Assembly: GCA_039586795.1 (NCBI GenBank)
Contig: JBDHJS010000001.1
Coordinates: 48,507-112,506, forward strand
DNA: 64,000 nucleotides
Direction of reading: 5' to 3'
Origin: Gemmatimonadota bacterium
GTDB taxonomy: Bacteria > Gemmatimonadota > Gemmatimonadetes > Palauibacterales > KS3-K002
The notes under the pieces are model-generated. The model saw nothing but the letters and a program-made list of their open reading frames with translations, was not told the origin of the DNA and ran no database searches. Shown in pieces: positions 46,452 through 58,514 of the stretch. A program made the position numbers and the translations under genes. How positions within the stretch are numbered: the stretch's first letter is position 1; the number at the start of each line of letters is the position of its first letter.

Positions 46452-48368
46452 ATGGGTCTCGACGCCAAAGCCGAGCGCGAGCCGGAAGCCATCCGGGAAT
46501 TCACCCGCAGCATGCTGAAGGATCTTCGCGCGCTGGAGCGGATCATCGACGAGGGGATGATCGAGTCCGGCGTGCGACGAATCGGCATGGAGCAGGAGAT
46601 GTTCCTCGTGGACAGCGGATACCGGCCGGCCCCGGTCGCATTGGAGGTCTTGGCCAGGTTGGGCGAGGGCGGAGCGTATACGACCGAGCTGGCGCGGTTC
46701 AACCTGGAGGTGAACCTGGCGCCGCTGGACCTGCAGGCCGACTGTTTCTCACAAATGGAGAACGAGCTCTCGCGGCACGTGGAGGAAGTGCGTGAGGCGG
46801 CGCGCAAGGAGGGCGCCGAGATCTTATTGACGGGAATTCTTCCCAGTCTGGCCAAGTCCGATCTCAGCCTCGAGAACATCACGCCCAAGGATCGCTACTA
46901 CGCCCTGAACGAGTCGATGACGCGCCTGCGGGGCGGGCCGATGCAGCTACAGATCCTGGGGATTGATGAGGTGAACATCGAACACGACTCGGTGATGTTG
47001 GAGGCATGTAACACCAGTTGTCAGGTCCATTTGCAGGTCGCGGCGGACGAGTTCGCCCGTTTTCACAATGCCGCCCAGGCGGTACTCGGCCCGGTGTTGG
47101 CAGCCTGCACCAACTCTCCGCTGTTGTTCGGTCGTCGGCTGTGGTACGAGACGCGCATCGCGCTTTTTCAGCAGTCGGTGGATACGCGGAGCGCGCTGTC
47201 GCACCTTCGCGACCAGACTCCCCGGGTCCGATTCGGCGATGCCTGGGTGAAGGATTCGGTATTGGAGCTCTTTCAGGAGGATATCGTCCGCTTCCGAGCA
47301 TTGATGCCGATGGTTCCGGACAAAGACCCGTTGGCCGAATTGGACGAGGGCCGAATCCCCGAACTGTCGGCACTACAGTTGCATAACAGCACGGTGTACC
47401 GCTGGAACCGTCCCTGCTACGGGCTGTCGAACGGGACGCCGCATCTGCGCATCGAGTGTCGGGCGATTCCGGCCGGCCCAACAATCGCTGATGAGGTGGC
47501 GAATGCCGCGCTCTGGATCGGAGCGGTTATCGGTATCGTCAACGAGTTCGGCGATGTGACCGAATACCTGGAGTTCGATGACGCTAAGGCGAATTTCCTA
47601 GCCGCCGCGCGTCGCGGCCTGAACGCCGTCCTCACCTGGACGAACGATGATTCCGTGGATGCGACGGAACTGGTCATCGAGCGGCTGATTCCCATCGCCC
47701 GGGCCGGCCTGGAAGAAGTCGGCGTGAGCGGTGGAGACATAGAAAAGTATCTGGGAGTAGTACGTGACCGAGTCGATTCGGGCGGCACCGGAGCGCAGTG
47801 GATGCTACGATCGCTGCAGAACATGAAGGACGTGGGGACGCGCCCGGAGCGGCTGGCGGCGCTGGCCGGCGCCATAGCCGAACGACAATACAGCGGGAAG
47901 CTAGGGCACGAATGGAAGCCAGCCGAGCTGGCCGAAGCCGGAGGCTGGCGTAGAAATTACCTGCGGGTCGATCAGTACATGACAACCGAACTGTTTACGG
48001 TTCACGAGGATGAGTTGATCGACCTGGTTGCGTTCGTGATGGACAAGAAGAACATACGCCACGTTCTCGTGGAGGATGACGATCACCAGATCGTTGGTCT
48101 GGTATCGTATCGATCGTTGATCAGGCTACTGACGCGGGGACAGATCGGCGAACCGGGGATCACCGTTCCCGTGAAGGACGTCATGGTCAAGGATCCGATC
48201 ACGATATCGCCAGAGACGCCGACCACGGAGGCGATCGAGCTGATGCACAAGCATCGCTGCTCGGTTCTGCCGGTCGTGAAGGGTGGCAAGTTGGTTGGCA
48301 CCGTCGGCGAGCGCGATTTCATGCCTATAGCCCGCCATTTCCTGGAAGAGAAATTGAGGGAAGAGTGA
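46452..48368 (+). CDS. glutamate-cysteine ligase family 2 (GCS2, carboxylate-amine ligase) fused to C-terminal tandem CBS domains
   Basis: GCS2-type core (~500 aa; MEQEMFLVD, ECRAIPAGP) followed by a CBS pair (residues ~505-630); GGGAGGG RBS. Confidence 0.7.
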   Translation: MGLDAKAEREPEAIREFTRSMLKDLRALERIIDEGMIESGVRRIGMEQEMFLVDSGYRPAPVALEVLARLGEGGAYTTELARFNLEVNLAPLDLQADCFSQMENELSRHVEEVREAARKEGAEILLTGILPSLAKSDLSLENITPKDRYYALNESMTRLRGGPMQLQILGIDEVNIEHDSVMLEACNTSCQVHLQVAADEFARFHNAAQAVLGPVLAACTNSPLLFGRRLWYETRIALFQQSVDTRSALSHLRDQTPRVRFGDAWVKDSVLELFQEDIVRFRALMPMVPDKDPLAELDEGRIPELSALQLHNSTVYRWNRPCYGLSNGTPHLRIECRAIPAGPTIADEVANAALWIGAVIGIVNEFGDVTEYLEFDDAKANFLAAARRGLNAVLTWTNDDSVDATELVIERLIPIARAGLEEVGVSGGDIEKYLGVVRDRVDSGGTGAQWMLRSLQNMKDVGTRPERLAALAGAIAERQYSGKLGHEWKPAELAEAGGWRRNYLRVDQYMTTELFTVHEDELIDLVAFVMDKKNIRHVLVEDDDHQIVGLVSYRSLIRLLTRGQIGEPGITVPVKDVMVKDPITISPETPTTEAIELMHKHRCSVLPVVKGGKLVGTVGERDFMPIARHFLEEKLREE

Positions 48369-49537
48369 CGTTAGAGCCGGCTCAATCGGGCGGTGCGGCG
48401 TTGGAGGAAAGCGAGGAGCAGAAGCGCGTATTAGGTGTCGTGGTCGGTGACCAGCCCGGTCCGACCCTTGTTTGCATAGGCGGTGTCCACGGAAACGAAC
48501 CGGAGGGTATCGCCGCATTGGAGCGCGTCTTCGAATCGTTGTCAGAGCATCCTCAGCAGCTGCACGGTGAATTCGTAGGATTGGCAGGCAACCTTCCGGC
48601 GCTGTCTAAAGGACTTCGCTACATCGATGTGGACCTGAACCGCCGCTTCCTTTATGGGAAGGCGAATACAGATGCGGCGGACCCAACGAGCGAAGATCGA
48701 CAGCGCAACGAGCTGGCCCGCGAGTTGGAGTCCATCTTCTGCAGGGCAACAGATGGCGTGTTCGTCATAGACCTGCACACAACATCTGGTAACAGCGTGC
48801 CGTTCGTCGTGATGGGAGACACGCTGGCCAATCGTTCATTCGCCTGGAACTTCCCTATCCCTTTCACACTAGGACTCGAAGAGCATCTGGACGGCACACT
48901 GAGCGAATATCTAACCATCCTGGGGCACACGTCGTTGACGATCGAGGCCGGCCAACAGAACTCTTCCGCCGCGGTGGACAACGCCGAGGCGGCGATCTGG
49001 CTCGGCCTGGCCGCGGCAGGTCTGATTCAAGAGCATAACGCCCCGCGTGTGCGTCGTTCGCGCGAGATACTGGCGCGCACGGCAAGCTCTCTACCACGGG
49101 TGATGGAGGTATACTACCGGCAGCCTATCCTCCCGGATGACGATTTCAGAATGGAGCCGGGCTTCGACAACTTCGATAGGATCGCGCCGGGGCGACTCCT
49201 GGCCCGCAATCGAAGCGGTGAGATCCGCTCGCGCTGGTACGGACGCTTACTGATGCCGCTGTATCAGCAACAGGGTAGCGATGGCTTCTTCGTCGTCCGC
49301 GAGCTTCGCACCGAGTGGCTGGCGCTCTCAGCCGTGCTCCGGCGTCTCCACATTGATGCGATCGTTCACTGGCTACCCGGTGTGACGCGCCACCCGACAA
49401 GACCTGAAACTCTGGTCGTGGACCGTCGGGTTGCCCGCTGGTATTCGGTGGAGGTGTTGCACCTACTCGGCTTCCGTCGCAGGCGCTCGATTGGAGGTGT
49501 TCTGATGGTCAGCCGCCGGAGGCGGGGAGGAAACTGA
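48365..49537 (+). CDS. succinylglutamate desuccinylase/aspartoacylase (AstE/AspA) family zinc deacylase
   Basis: GGVHGNEPEG zinc-binding motif, HTTSG; GTG start overlapping the upstream stop (GTGA). Confidence 0.75.
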   Translation: MTLEPAQSGGAALEESEEQKRVLGVVVGDQPGPTLVCIGGVHGNEPEGIAALERVFESLSEHPQQLHGEFVGLAGNLPALSKGLRYIDVDLNRRFLYGKANTDAADPTSEDRQRNELARELESIFCRATDGVFVIDLHTTSGNSVPFVVMGDTLANRSFAWNFPIPFTLGLEEHLDGTLSEYLTILGHTSLTIEAGQQNSSAAVDNAEAAIWLGLAAAGLIQEHNAPRVRRSREILARTASSLPRVMEVYYRQPILPDDDFRMEPGFDNFDRIAPGRLLARNRSGEIRSRWYGRLLMPLYQQQGSDGFFVVRELRTEWLALSAVLRRLHIDAIVHWLPGVTRHPTRPETLVVDRRVARWYSVEVLHLLGFRRRRSIGGVLMVSRRRRGGN

Positions 49538-49559
49538 ACCCGGAGGCCGCCTGATTATT

Positions 49560-49587
49560 CCTGATGTAGCGGCAGGCTGTCATCAGG
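49560..49587. terminator. weak hairpin between convergent genes (CCTGATG-N14-CATCAGG)
   Basis: 7-bp stem; no clear U-tract. Confidence 0.3.
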
Positions 49588-49610
49588 CAGACGACGCTCC
49601 GGGTCGCAGA

Positions 49611-52600
49611 TTAGAAGCCGGGCGAGAAGCCGAACTGCCAGAACCAACCTTTGCTGGGCCGGCTGAGCGGGCGCACGAAGTCGACCTCCAACAGCAAGAC
49701 GCCGAACAGGTTGATTCGGGAGGCGATGCCGACGGAAGCGATAGGGCTCCAGGGGTCGATGTTCCCGCCGATCCTCGCTGCCGCGGACTGGCTCCACCAC
49801 GCCGCACCGACGTCGAAGAAGAAAGCCATGGTGAACGGCGGCAGACTGCCCGGAGCACGCCAACCGAAAACTTGCGGGATCGGCATGCGCAGCTCGAAGT
49901 TCGCCATCAGCATCCTGCTGCCGAACAACTGATCGTATACCGGGCAACCGGCATTGTTATTCGGGTCAAAGAAGCTGTCGTTCCCCTGGAGCTGATCGGC
50001 GCACTCGCGACTGGAGAAGCTACCAGGGTCGTAACCCCGGAGTAGCTGCTGGTAGCCGATGAACAATGGGGTGAGCCTGAAGTCCTCCCCGTCTTTGCCG
50101 AAGCGGCCGAACTGGAGCAAACGCCCGGCGAAAGTGATGTTGCGGAACGGCATGAAGTAGCGGCGGTAGTCAAACAGGGTACCGATGTAATTCAACGACC
50201 CACCGGTGGGCGCTACCTCGACGCGGTAGCGCTGTCCAAGCACGGGCCCCGTGAAGCCGAAGATGGTATTGTCGTAGACCATCGCCGCCGTACCCGACGC
50301 CAGGTTCAGGGCCGGCTGGTTGCAGAACGGATCAGTTGGATCATCGCTACAAGACGGAAAATCCTGTCTCTCATCACCGATCTGCTGGCCGCTGGCCGTG
50401 AACGTGCGAGTTCTGATCTCCGTCTCGAACGAGATGTTGCGAGCCCTGGCGGTGAACTCGATCCGCTGCGCGCGGCTGAGTGGATACGTAACCAGAGCTT
50501 GTATTTCGCGGCTGGTCTGCCGGAAACGCAGCTCCTGTTCTACGAGGTTACCGTTGTCGTCGATGCCGACGGCGAAATTCTGCGTCACGATCGGAAATTG
50601 AGATACGGCGGCCCCCCAATTCCAACGGGACTTGCGGTTCTCGTAGCTAACCAGCGCCGCGATGTCCTTGATGCTGCCGTTGACCTGGAGCATGGTGGCC
50701 AGGTTGTGCTCACCGAGAATGTCGCTCCAGAACAGGGAGGTACCGCCGCCAACGAACGTGCCGTAGCGATCGCTCCCGACAGCTACGTTGGGTGGCGCGA
50801 TGTAGTCCAGCGAAAGACCAGCCTTGTAAGGTGCCGACTCGAAATCGTACGCCGTCCTCGGCAACCCGAGGTCAGGGTTGTTGACCAGGGCCATCACATC
50901 ACCCACAGCCCGATCGGCGGGCGGAAGAACCGCCGGGCTGATGGCGCTGATCGGACGAGCTATCGGCTCCCCTGCGAGGACCTCCTCAGACTCGATGGAA
51001 TAGAGGGAGTACTGATTGCCCTCGAAGGCGCTGAATACCATGCGCTGCCCGTTCGCGGATAGCGTGATGGCTGGACTCAGGTCGGTTATACCGCTGACAC
51101 CCGTCGTGAGGTGGGTGATCTGGCGAATCTCGCCGCTGTCAAGCCAGACTCTGTATACGTTGCTGATACCGTTCTGGTCCGACAGAAAGAAAACGCTCTC
51201 ACCGTCAGCCGCCCACTGGGGATTGATGTTCTTCGCACCATCGAAGCCCGGGACGTGGGTGACGGTACCGGTCTCAATATCGAGCAGGCCGAGTTCGTAG
51301 GCCCCCCACTCCAGTCGTTCCATGTTCGTGGAAAAACGGTCCGTGACGAAGACGACGTAACGTCCGTCAGGGGACCAGACGGGCTGGAGGTCAGCGTAGG
51401 GATCTTCTGTGAGCCGCGTGACCTCACGGGTCTCAACGTCGATGTAGAAGAGGTCCATCAGGCCACCGACGCTGGCCGAGAAGACGATCTTACTGCCATC
51501 GGCAGAAAACGTGGGGTTGAAGATCTCACCTACTTCGTCCACGCGATGCTCGACAATGGTCTTGCCGCGTTCGGTGTCTATCACGGTCAGGCTTGGAACG
51601 CCTCTTACGACACCGGCAAAGACGAATTCCCTGCTATTCGGATGGAAACTGCCCGCCGAGTTGATGAATTGAAGACTCTCGTAGTGCGGGTCTGACGCGG
51701 TCTTGACGAGCTTCTTTCCAATCTCGCCGGTCTCGGCATCGGCCGAGAACATCTCGATATGGAAGTAGTCCTTCTCCGTGAGAAAGACGAGATTGGAACC
51801 ATCGGGACTGATCGCCGGCGCTACGTTGTAGAAACCGCTTCCCTGCTGCTTCGAGATGAGCATGCGCCCATAGTCGAGCGGACCGCCGGTCTCGGACAGA
51901 ACATCTTGATAAGCTTCGTCGATCGCCGCCTGCCAGTCGGCGATCAGCTGATCCGGCGCAATCTCGAGCACCGTAGCAAGGGCGTGCCCCGGATCGCCGG
52001 TCATCGATGCCGCCTTGAGGATTTCTCCGACCGCAGGGTCACCCCAGCGACCGCCGACGTAGGCCCAGAAGGCGTGTCCGTACCGATAGGGATTGTAAAC
52101 CGGGTTATAGAGCTGGGCGTAGGACGGCAGCTTAGCGCGGCGAGCCGCGTCGTGCATCCACATGGCGGTCAGCGTGTACTCTGGACCGAGGGACAGGTAC
52201 TCGGCCATCCCCTCGATGAACCAGAGGGGCATAGCGAGGGCGATCGGAAAACCACCGCCGACCGCGGAGCGCGAGGCCGTCGTGATGTCGAACTGGAAGG
52301 CGTGAACGAGCTCGTGGCCGAGCACGTGGTCGGTCTCTTTGAGCGAGCCGGCCATCGGCAAGACGACACGTCGTTTGAACGCCTCGGTCACACCCCCGGT
52401 GCCTTCATCGATAGCTCCCATGAGAGCCGTCGTCTGCTCGAAATCGGGGTGGTCCGCATACAGAATGATTATCTGGCGGCCGCTGAGCTCGTGATTGAAG
52501 ATCCGACTGAGGCGGGCATACCAGCGCTCCGCCATGCGTCCCGCTTCCTCAACGGCTTCACGCGCCTCAGGGTAGTAGTGGATATCGAAATGTTCGGTCT

Positions 52601-52745
52601 TCAGTACCTGGAAATCGAAGTTCTCGTACTGGACCTTGTTGCGACCGAAGTACTGAGCTTCGGCCGGCTGCGGCAGTAGTGTTGACCCGAGCGTCGCTGA
52701 TACCAGAATTCCACCCGCTACCACTCGGGCACGATCAAGTCGCAT
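49611..52745 (-). CDS. large outer-membrane-associated protein: N-terminal HExxH metallopeptidase-like domain, TolB-like PD40 beta-propeller repeats, C-terminal Omp85-like beta-barrel
   Basis: Signal peptide; HELVHAF zinc-like motif; at least five xSPDG repeats (ISPDGSNLVF, FSADGSKIVF, WSPDGRYVVF, WAADGESVFF); C-terminus alternates hydrophobic residues and ends in Phe (FGFSPGF); GGAGGT RBS. Confidence 0.6.
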   Translation of the reverse strand: MRLDRARVVAGGILVSATLGSTLLPQPAEAQYFGRNKVQYENFDFQVLKTEHFDIHYYPEAREAVEEAGRMAERWYARLSRIFNHELSGRQIIILYADHPDFEQTTALMGAIDEGTGGVTEAFKRRVVLPMAGSLKETDHVLGHELVHAFQFDITTASRSAVGGGFPIALAMPLWFIEGMAEYLSLGPEYTLTAMWMHDAARRAKLPSYAQLYNPVYNPYRYGHAFWAYVGGRWGDPAVGEILKAASMTGDPGHALATVLEIAPDQLIADWQAAIDEAYQDVLSETGGPLDYGRMLISKQQGSGFYNVAPAISPDGSNLVFLTEKDYFHIEMFSADAETGEIGKKLVKTASDPHYESLQFINSAGSFHPNSREFVFAGVVRGVPSLTVIDTERGKTIVEHRVDEVGEIFNPTFSADGSKIVFSASVGGLMDLFYIDVETREVTRLTEDPYADLQPVWSPDGRYVVFVTDRFSTNMERLEWGAYELGLLDIETGTVTHVPGFDGAKNINPQWAADGESVFFLSDQNGISNVYRVWLDSGEIRQITHLTTGVSGITDLSPAITLSANGQRMVFSAFEGNQYSLYSIESEEVLAGEPIARPISAISPAVLPPADRAVGDVMALVNNPDLGLPRTAYDFESAPYKAGLSLDYIAPPNVAVGSDRYGTFVGGGTSLFWSDILGEHNLATMLQVNGSIKDIAALVSYENRKSRWNWGAAVSQFPIVTQNFAVGIDDNGNLVEQELRFRQTSREIQALVTYPLSRAQRIEFTARARNISFETEIRTRTFTASGQQIGDERQDFPSCSDDPTDPFCNQPALNLASGTAAMVYDNTIFGFTGPVLGQRYRVEVAPTGGSLNYIGTLFDYRRYFMPFRNITFAGRLLQFGRFGKDGEDFRLTPLFIGYQQLLRGYDPGSFSSRECADQLQGNDSFFDPNNNAGCPVYDQLFGSRMLMANFELRMPIPQVFGWRAPGSLPPFTMAFFFDVGAAWWSQSAAARIGGNIDPWSPIASVGIASRINLFGVLLLEVDFVRPLSRPSKGWFWQFGFSPGF

Positions 52746-53112
52746 CTGTACCTCCGTAGTGCCTGATCACACCAAAACCGACGCCAGGCACCGTTTTTAG
52801 GCGGTTCACTCCGGTGAGGCACGATTGCCGCTGGCGGCCCGATTGCAGGTGCTTGAACAAGCGCTAGGGACTGAAGATACGCTTGGTAGGCGACCTGCGC
52901 GACCCGTGAGAGAGCGGAAATCGGCATCGCCGAATGGCCCAGCGGAGTGCGTAATCGTCGGTATATGTTAGAACGCCTCAGCGACCCCATAGTTCCGTTT
53001 TGGAGGGCGATTGCCGCCCCGGCGGCCCCCAGCTAGAATCCTCTCTTACCGGGACGATCCAATTCCGTAAATGCGAGCTGATTTCACATATAGGACAGCA
53101 GGTTGATGCGAT

Positions 53113-54324
53113 TTGTTAAGACGCGGCTCGCTGAGAGTGTGGACACGACATCCGAGCGCCGGGGACGACAGCCGCAAGAGGCGTCAGGTCGCCATGCCTA
53201 AGGTCAGGCGACATATGTCCGGGCGACTCATCGCTGGCGAGCCCATGACACCGTTGGCCGAGCCGGTACTGACATCGCACCCGATGACGCTGGCCGAGGC
53301 GCTAAGACCGTTCTTTTTCCGGTTCTGTTTGGCGATCGCCTATTTCCTCGTCGTGTTCCTGATCGGCATGACCGGCTACATGATCATCGAGCGGTGGGCA
53401 TGGCATGACGCGCTGTATATGGCGGTGACCACCGTAACGTCGGTCGGCTACATGGAGGTGTACGCGCTATCCGAAGTAGGCCGGACCTTCACGATGGGGC
53501 TCATATTCCTGGGCGTCTCTGGGCTCGGGGTCTGGTGGGCCTTAACAACCGCGCTGATCGTGGAACTCGACCTCGGTGGCGTTCTGCGGAGACGTCGAAT
53601 CATGAAGAACATCGAACAGCTATCCGAGCACTTCATCGTCTGCGGCGCCGGTCGCATGGGGCGTGTGGTGATCGGTGAAATGGTGGCCGCCGGCCGTTCA
53701 TTCGTGGTCATAGAAAACCAGCCGGCCCGCATCGCGCAGGTGCAAGAGAGCTATCCGAACTTGCTGGTCATCGAAGCCGATGCGACCCGCGAGCAGACAT
53801 TGCTCAGCGCCGGCGTCGAACGCGCCAGCGGACTGGCGACTTGTCTGGCGGATGATGCCGACAACCTGCTGGTGTGTCTCACAGCGCGAGAATTGAACGA
53901 CGTGATCCCAACGGTCGCGCGCGCCTACAACGAGGAATCGGTGGAGAAGCTCCGCCGAGCCGGCGCCGACCATGTCATCTCGCCCAACCAGACAGGAGGC
54001 GTCCGCATGGCCTTCACGCTGCTGAGGCCAGCGGTGATCAGCTTCCTGGATGCGGCGATAACCGATGCAGGAATCGAAATGCGGCTCGAACAGGCGTCGA
54101 TCCCAGCGAGCTCGCACCTGGTCGGTCAGACACTGGCCGAGGCTCAGATTCCACAGCAGACAGGACTGATCGTCCTCGCTCTGCGCCGAGGCATCGCCGG
54201 ACCGCCGCTGTACAACCCAGGTCCCGAGACGCACCTCGAGGCGGGTGATGTGATGATACTCATCGGCGCATCGGATCAGGTTGAGCGACTCCGGAACTAT
54301 GCGGAAGTCGAGGTGACTCTGTAG
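53113..54324 (+). CDS. potassium-channel-like protein with TrkA-N/TrkA-C (RCK) cytoplasmic domain; non-canonical selectivity filter
   Basis: Two TM helices plus pore helix; filter TSVGYME in place of TVGYGD; FIVCGAGRMGRVV Rossmann motif of the RCK domain; start codon uncertain (several in-frame Met). Confidence 0.65.
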   Translation: MLRRGSLRVWTRHPSAGDDSRKRRQVAMPKVRRHMSGRLIAGEPMTPLAEPVLTSHPMTLAEALRPFFFRFCLAIAYFLVVFLIGMTGYMIIERWAWHDALYMAVTTVTSVGYMEVYALSEVGRTFTMGLIFLGVSGLGVWWALTTALIVELDLGGVLRRRRIMKNIEQLSEHFIVCGAGRMGRVVIGEMVAAGRSFVVIENQPARIAQVQESYPNLLVIEADATREQTLLSAGVERASGLATCLADDADNLLVCLTARELNDVIPTVARAYNEESVEKLRRAGADHVISPNQTGGVRMAFTLLRPAVISFLDAAITDAGIEMRLEQASIPASSHLVGQTLAEAQIPQQTGLIVLALRRGIAGPPLYNPGPETHLEAGDVMILIGASDQVERLRNYAEVEVTL

Positions 54325-54390
54325 TGAAGAAAGAAGCTCGGCGATTCCCACCGCCGAGCTTCCAATCAGCCCATCCGATAGACGTCGTGC

Positions 54391-56808
<2,418 letters not shown>

Positions 56809-56812
<4 letters not shown>

Positions 56813-57939
56813 GCTCGTGATACCCGTCCGGCCGCAACCCGGTATTCGGTCAAGCCGTCGCCCATGAGAGCGAACTCGTTGGGCTTCGGCGACGTCACCA
56901 AGACCTGACCCCATTCTTCCGCCGCGAGTAGATCCACCACCCGCTCCGATCGCAGTGGGTCGAGCTCGGCGAAAACATCATCGAGCATGACGATCGGTTT
57001 TCTCCCGCGAGTCGCACGCAGGGTATCGGCTTCCACCATCCGCAACGCGACCGCGGCCGTGCGTTGTTGCCCCGCAGAGCCGAAACTGCGGAGTTGTACT
57101 GGCTCGGCGCTGCCGTCAACCCAAAAACTTAGATCGTCTCTGTGCGGTCCGGCGAGCGTCAAACCGCGTCTTCGCTCTCGGTCGACCAGGCGCTCTAGCT
57201 CGAGACGGAACGAATCCGCCCACCGATCTCGAGATGGTGGACTACCATCATCGTCAGGTCTCGGAAGGGACGGTGCATACTCCAGCTTCGCTGCCTGGCC
57301 ACCGGATACCGCTTCGTAGTAGCGGGCGAAGCCCGCCTGTTGGGCCGCGACCCATCGCGCACGGGCCTCGACGATCGCGCTCCCCTCTTCGACCAACCCC
57401 CTGTTCCAGGCCGCCAGCTCCTCTGCGTTCGCTCCGTCGCGCAGGAGCCCATTGCGCTGCGAGAGGATATGCCGGTAGCGCTGCAAGGCCGCTAGGTAGC
57501 CCGGCTCAACCAGCGAAAGCGTGATGTTAAGGAAACGCCGTCGCGCACCGGGGCCACCAGCCACGATCTCCACATCGCTGGCAGTGAAGACGATTGCGCC
57601 GACCTTCCCGATGGCTTCGCCCACGCGAGCCGGCTCCCGAGCGTCCAGCGTGACCTTCTTACGGCGACCTTCACGTGTGTATGCGGCCGCCACCTCCACC
57701 TCGCCACCACCCCCCATGAGATGCCCTACCACACGAAAGTGCTCGCCGCCGAAAGTGACCAACTGGTCGTCGCGAGCGCCTCGGAATGAGCGGAATATCT
57801 CGAGGTAGTAGACAGCCTCCAGCAGGTTTGTCTTGCCCTGACCGTTGTCACCGATCAGCGCCGCGCCGCGCTCCGGAAACTCCACGGTCTCGTCATCGAA
57901 ATTCCGGAAATGCCGGAGCCTGATCCGCTGGAGAAACAC
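56809..57939 (-). CDS. recF: DNA replication and repair protein RecF
   Basis: Walker A GDNGQGKTNLLEA, SMC-like signature, Walker B; 376 aa. Confidence 0.9.
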
Positions 57940-58047
57940 GCCTAAAAATAACCCGAAAGGGGGCGATTCTCAAGGCCGAACGGCGACTGTAAGATATTGT
58001 CGTACAATGAGTTACGTTGCACGGGGCTCAGGGTCGCGGCGAATCGC

Positions 58048-58506
58048 TCACTGGCATCTGAACGGCTCGATGTCGCAGTCCACGACGGTGACCGGCACGA
58101 TCTCGGCCTCCGTTCTTTGGCCGATCAGGTTCTCGGCGAAACCGCGGATCTGAACGGACGAGCCGCTGATCAGGGTGGGCAGCTGGACGACGAATTGTTC
58201 CTGCACGAACTCTTCCGGCGGCTCGTAGACCCTTCGTCCTGTCGCTACGGTATCGACGACGGGGTTCACGCTGATCATGATGAACTCCACCGCCTGAATC
58301 AGACCGAGGGCTTCGATCTCGATGACGGCGGAGGAATCGGAGAACAGGACGGCGTTGGACAGAGGGGAGCGCACGCTAACCTCGGTGGGCGGCACCGGAA
58401 TATCGAGACCGGTGGGTCGCTCCCGTGAGTCGTCACAACCCGCTCCCAGGCTGAAGCTGGCGGCGATGACAGTGCAGGCGACCATCTGCTTCACGGTAAA
58501 CTCCAT
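58048..58506 (-). CDS. hypothetical lipoprotein
   Basis: Lipobox SLGAGC. Confidence 0.5.
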   Translation of the reverse strand: MEFTVKQMVACTVIAASFSLGAGCDDSRERPTGLDIPVPPTEVSVRSPLSNAVLFSDSSAVIEIEALGLIQAVEFIMISVNPVVDTVATGRRVYEPPEEFVQEQFVVQLPTLISGSSVQIRGFAENLIGQRTEAEIVPVTVVDCDIEPFRCQ

Positions 58507-58514
58507 AGGTGCAA

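Noticed and set aside
52746-53112. 367-bp divergent intergenic region scanned for a tRNA or riboswitch
   Set aside because: No T-loop GGTTCGAATCC-like motif and no cloverleaf-compatible pairing found by eye. No tRNA or rRNA features were detected anywhere in the window.
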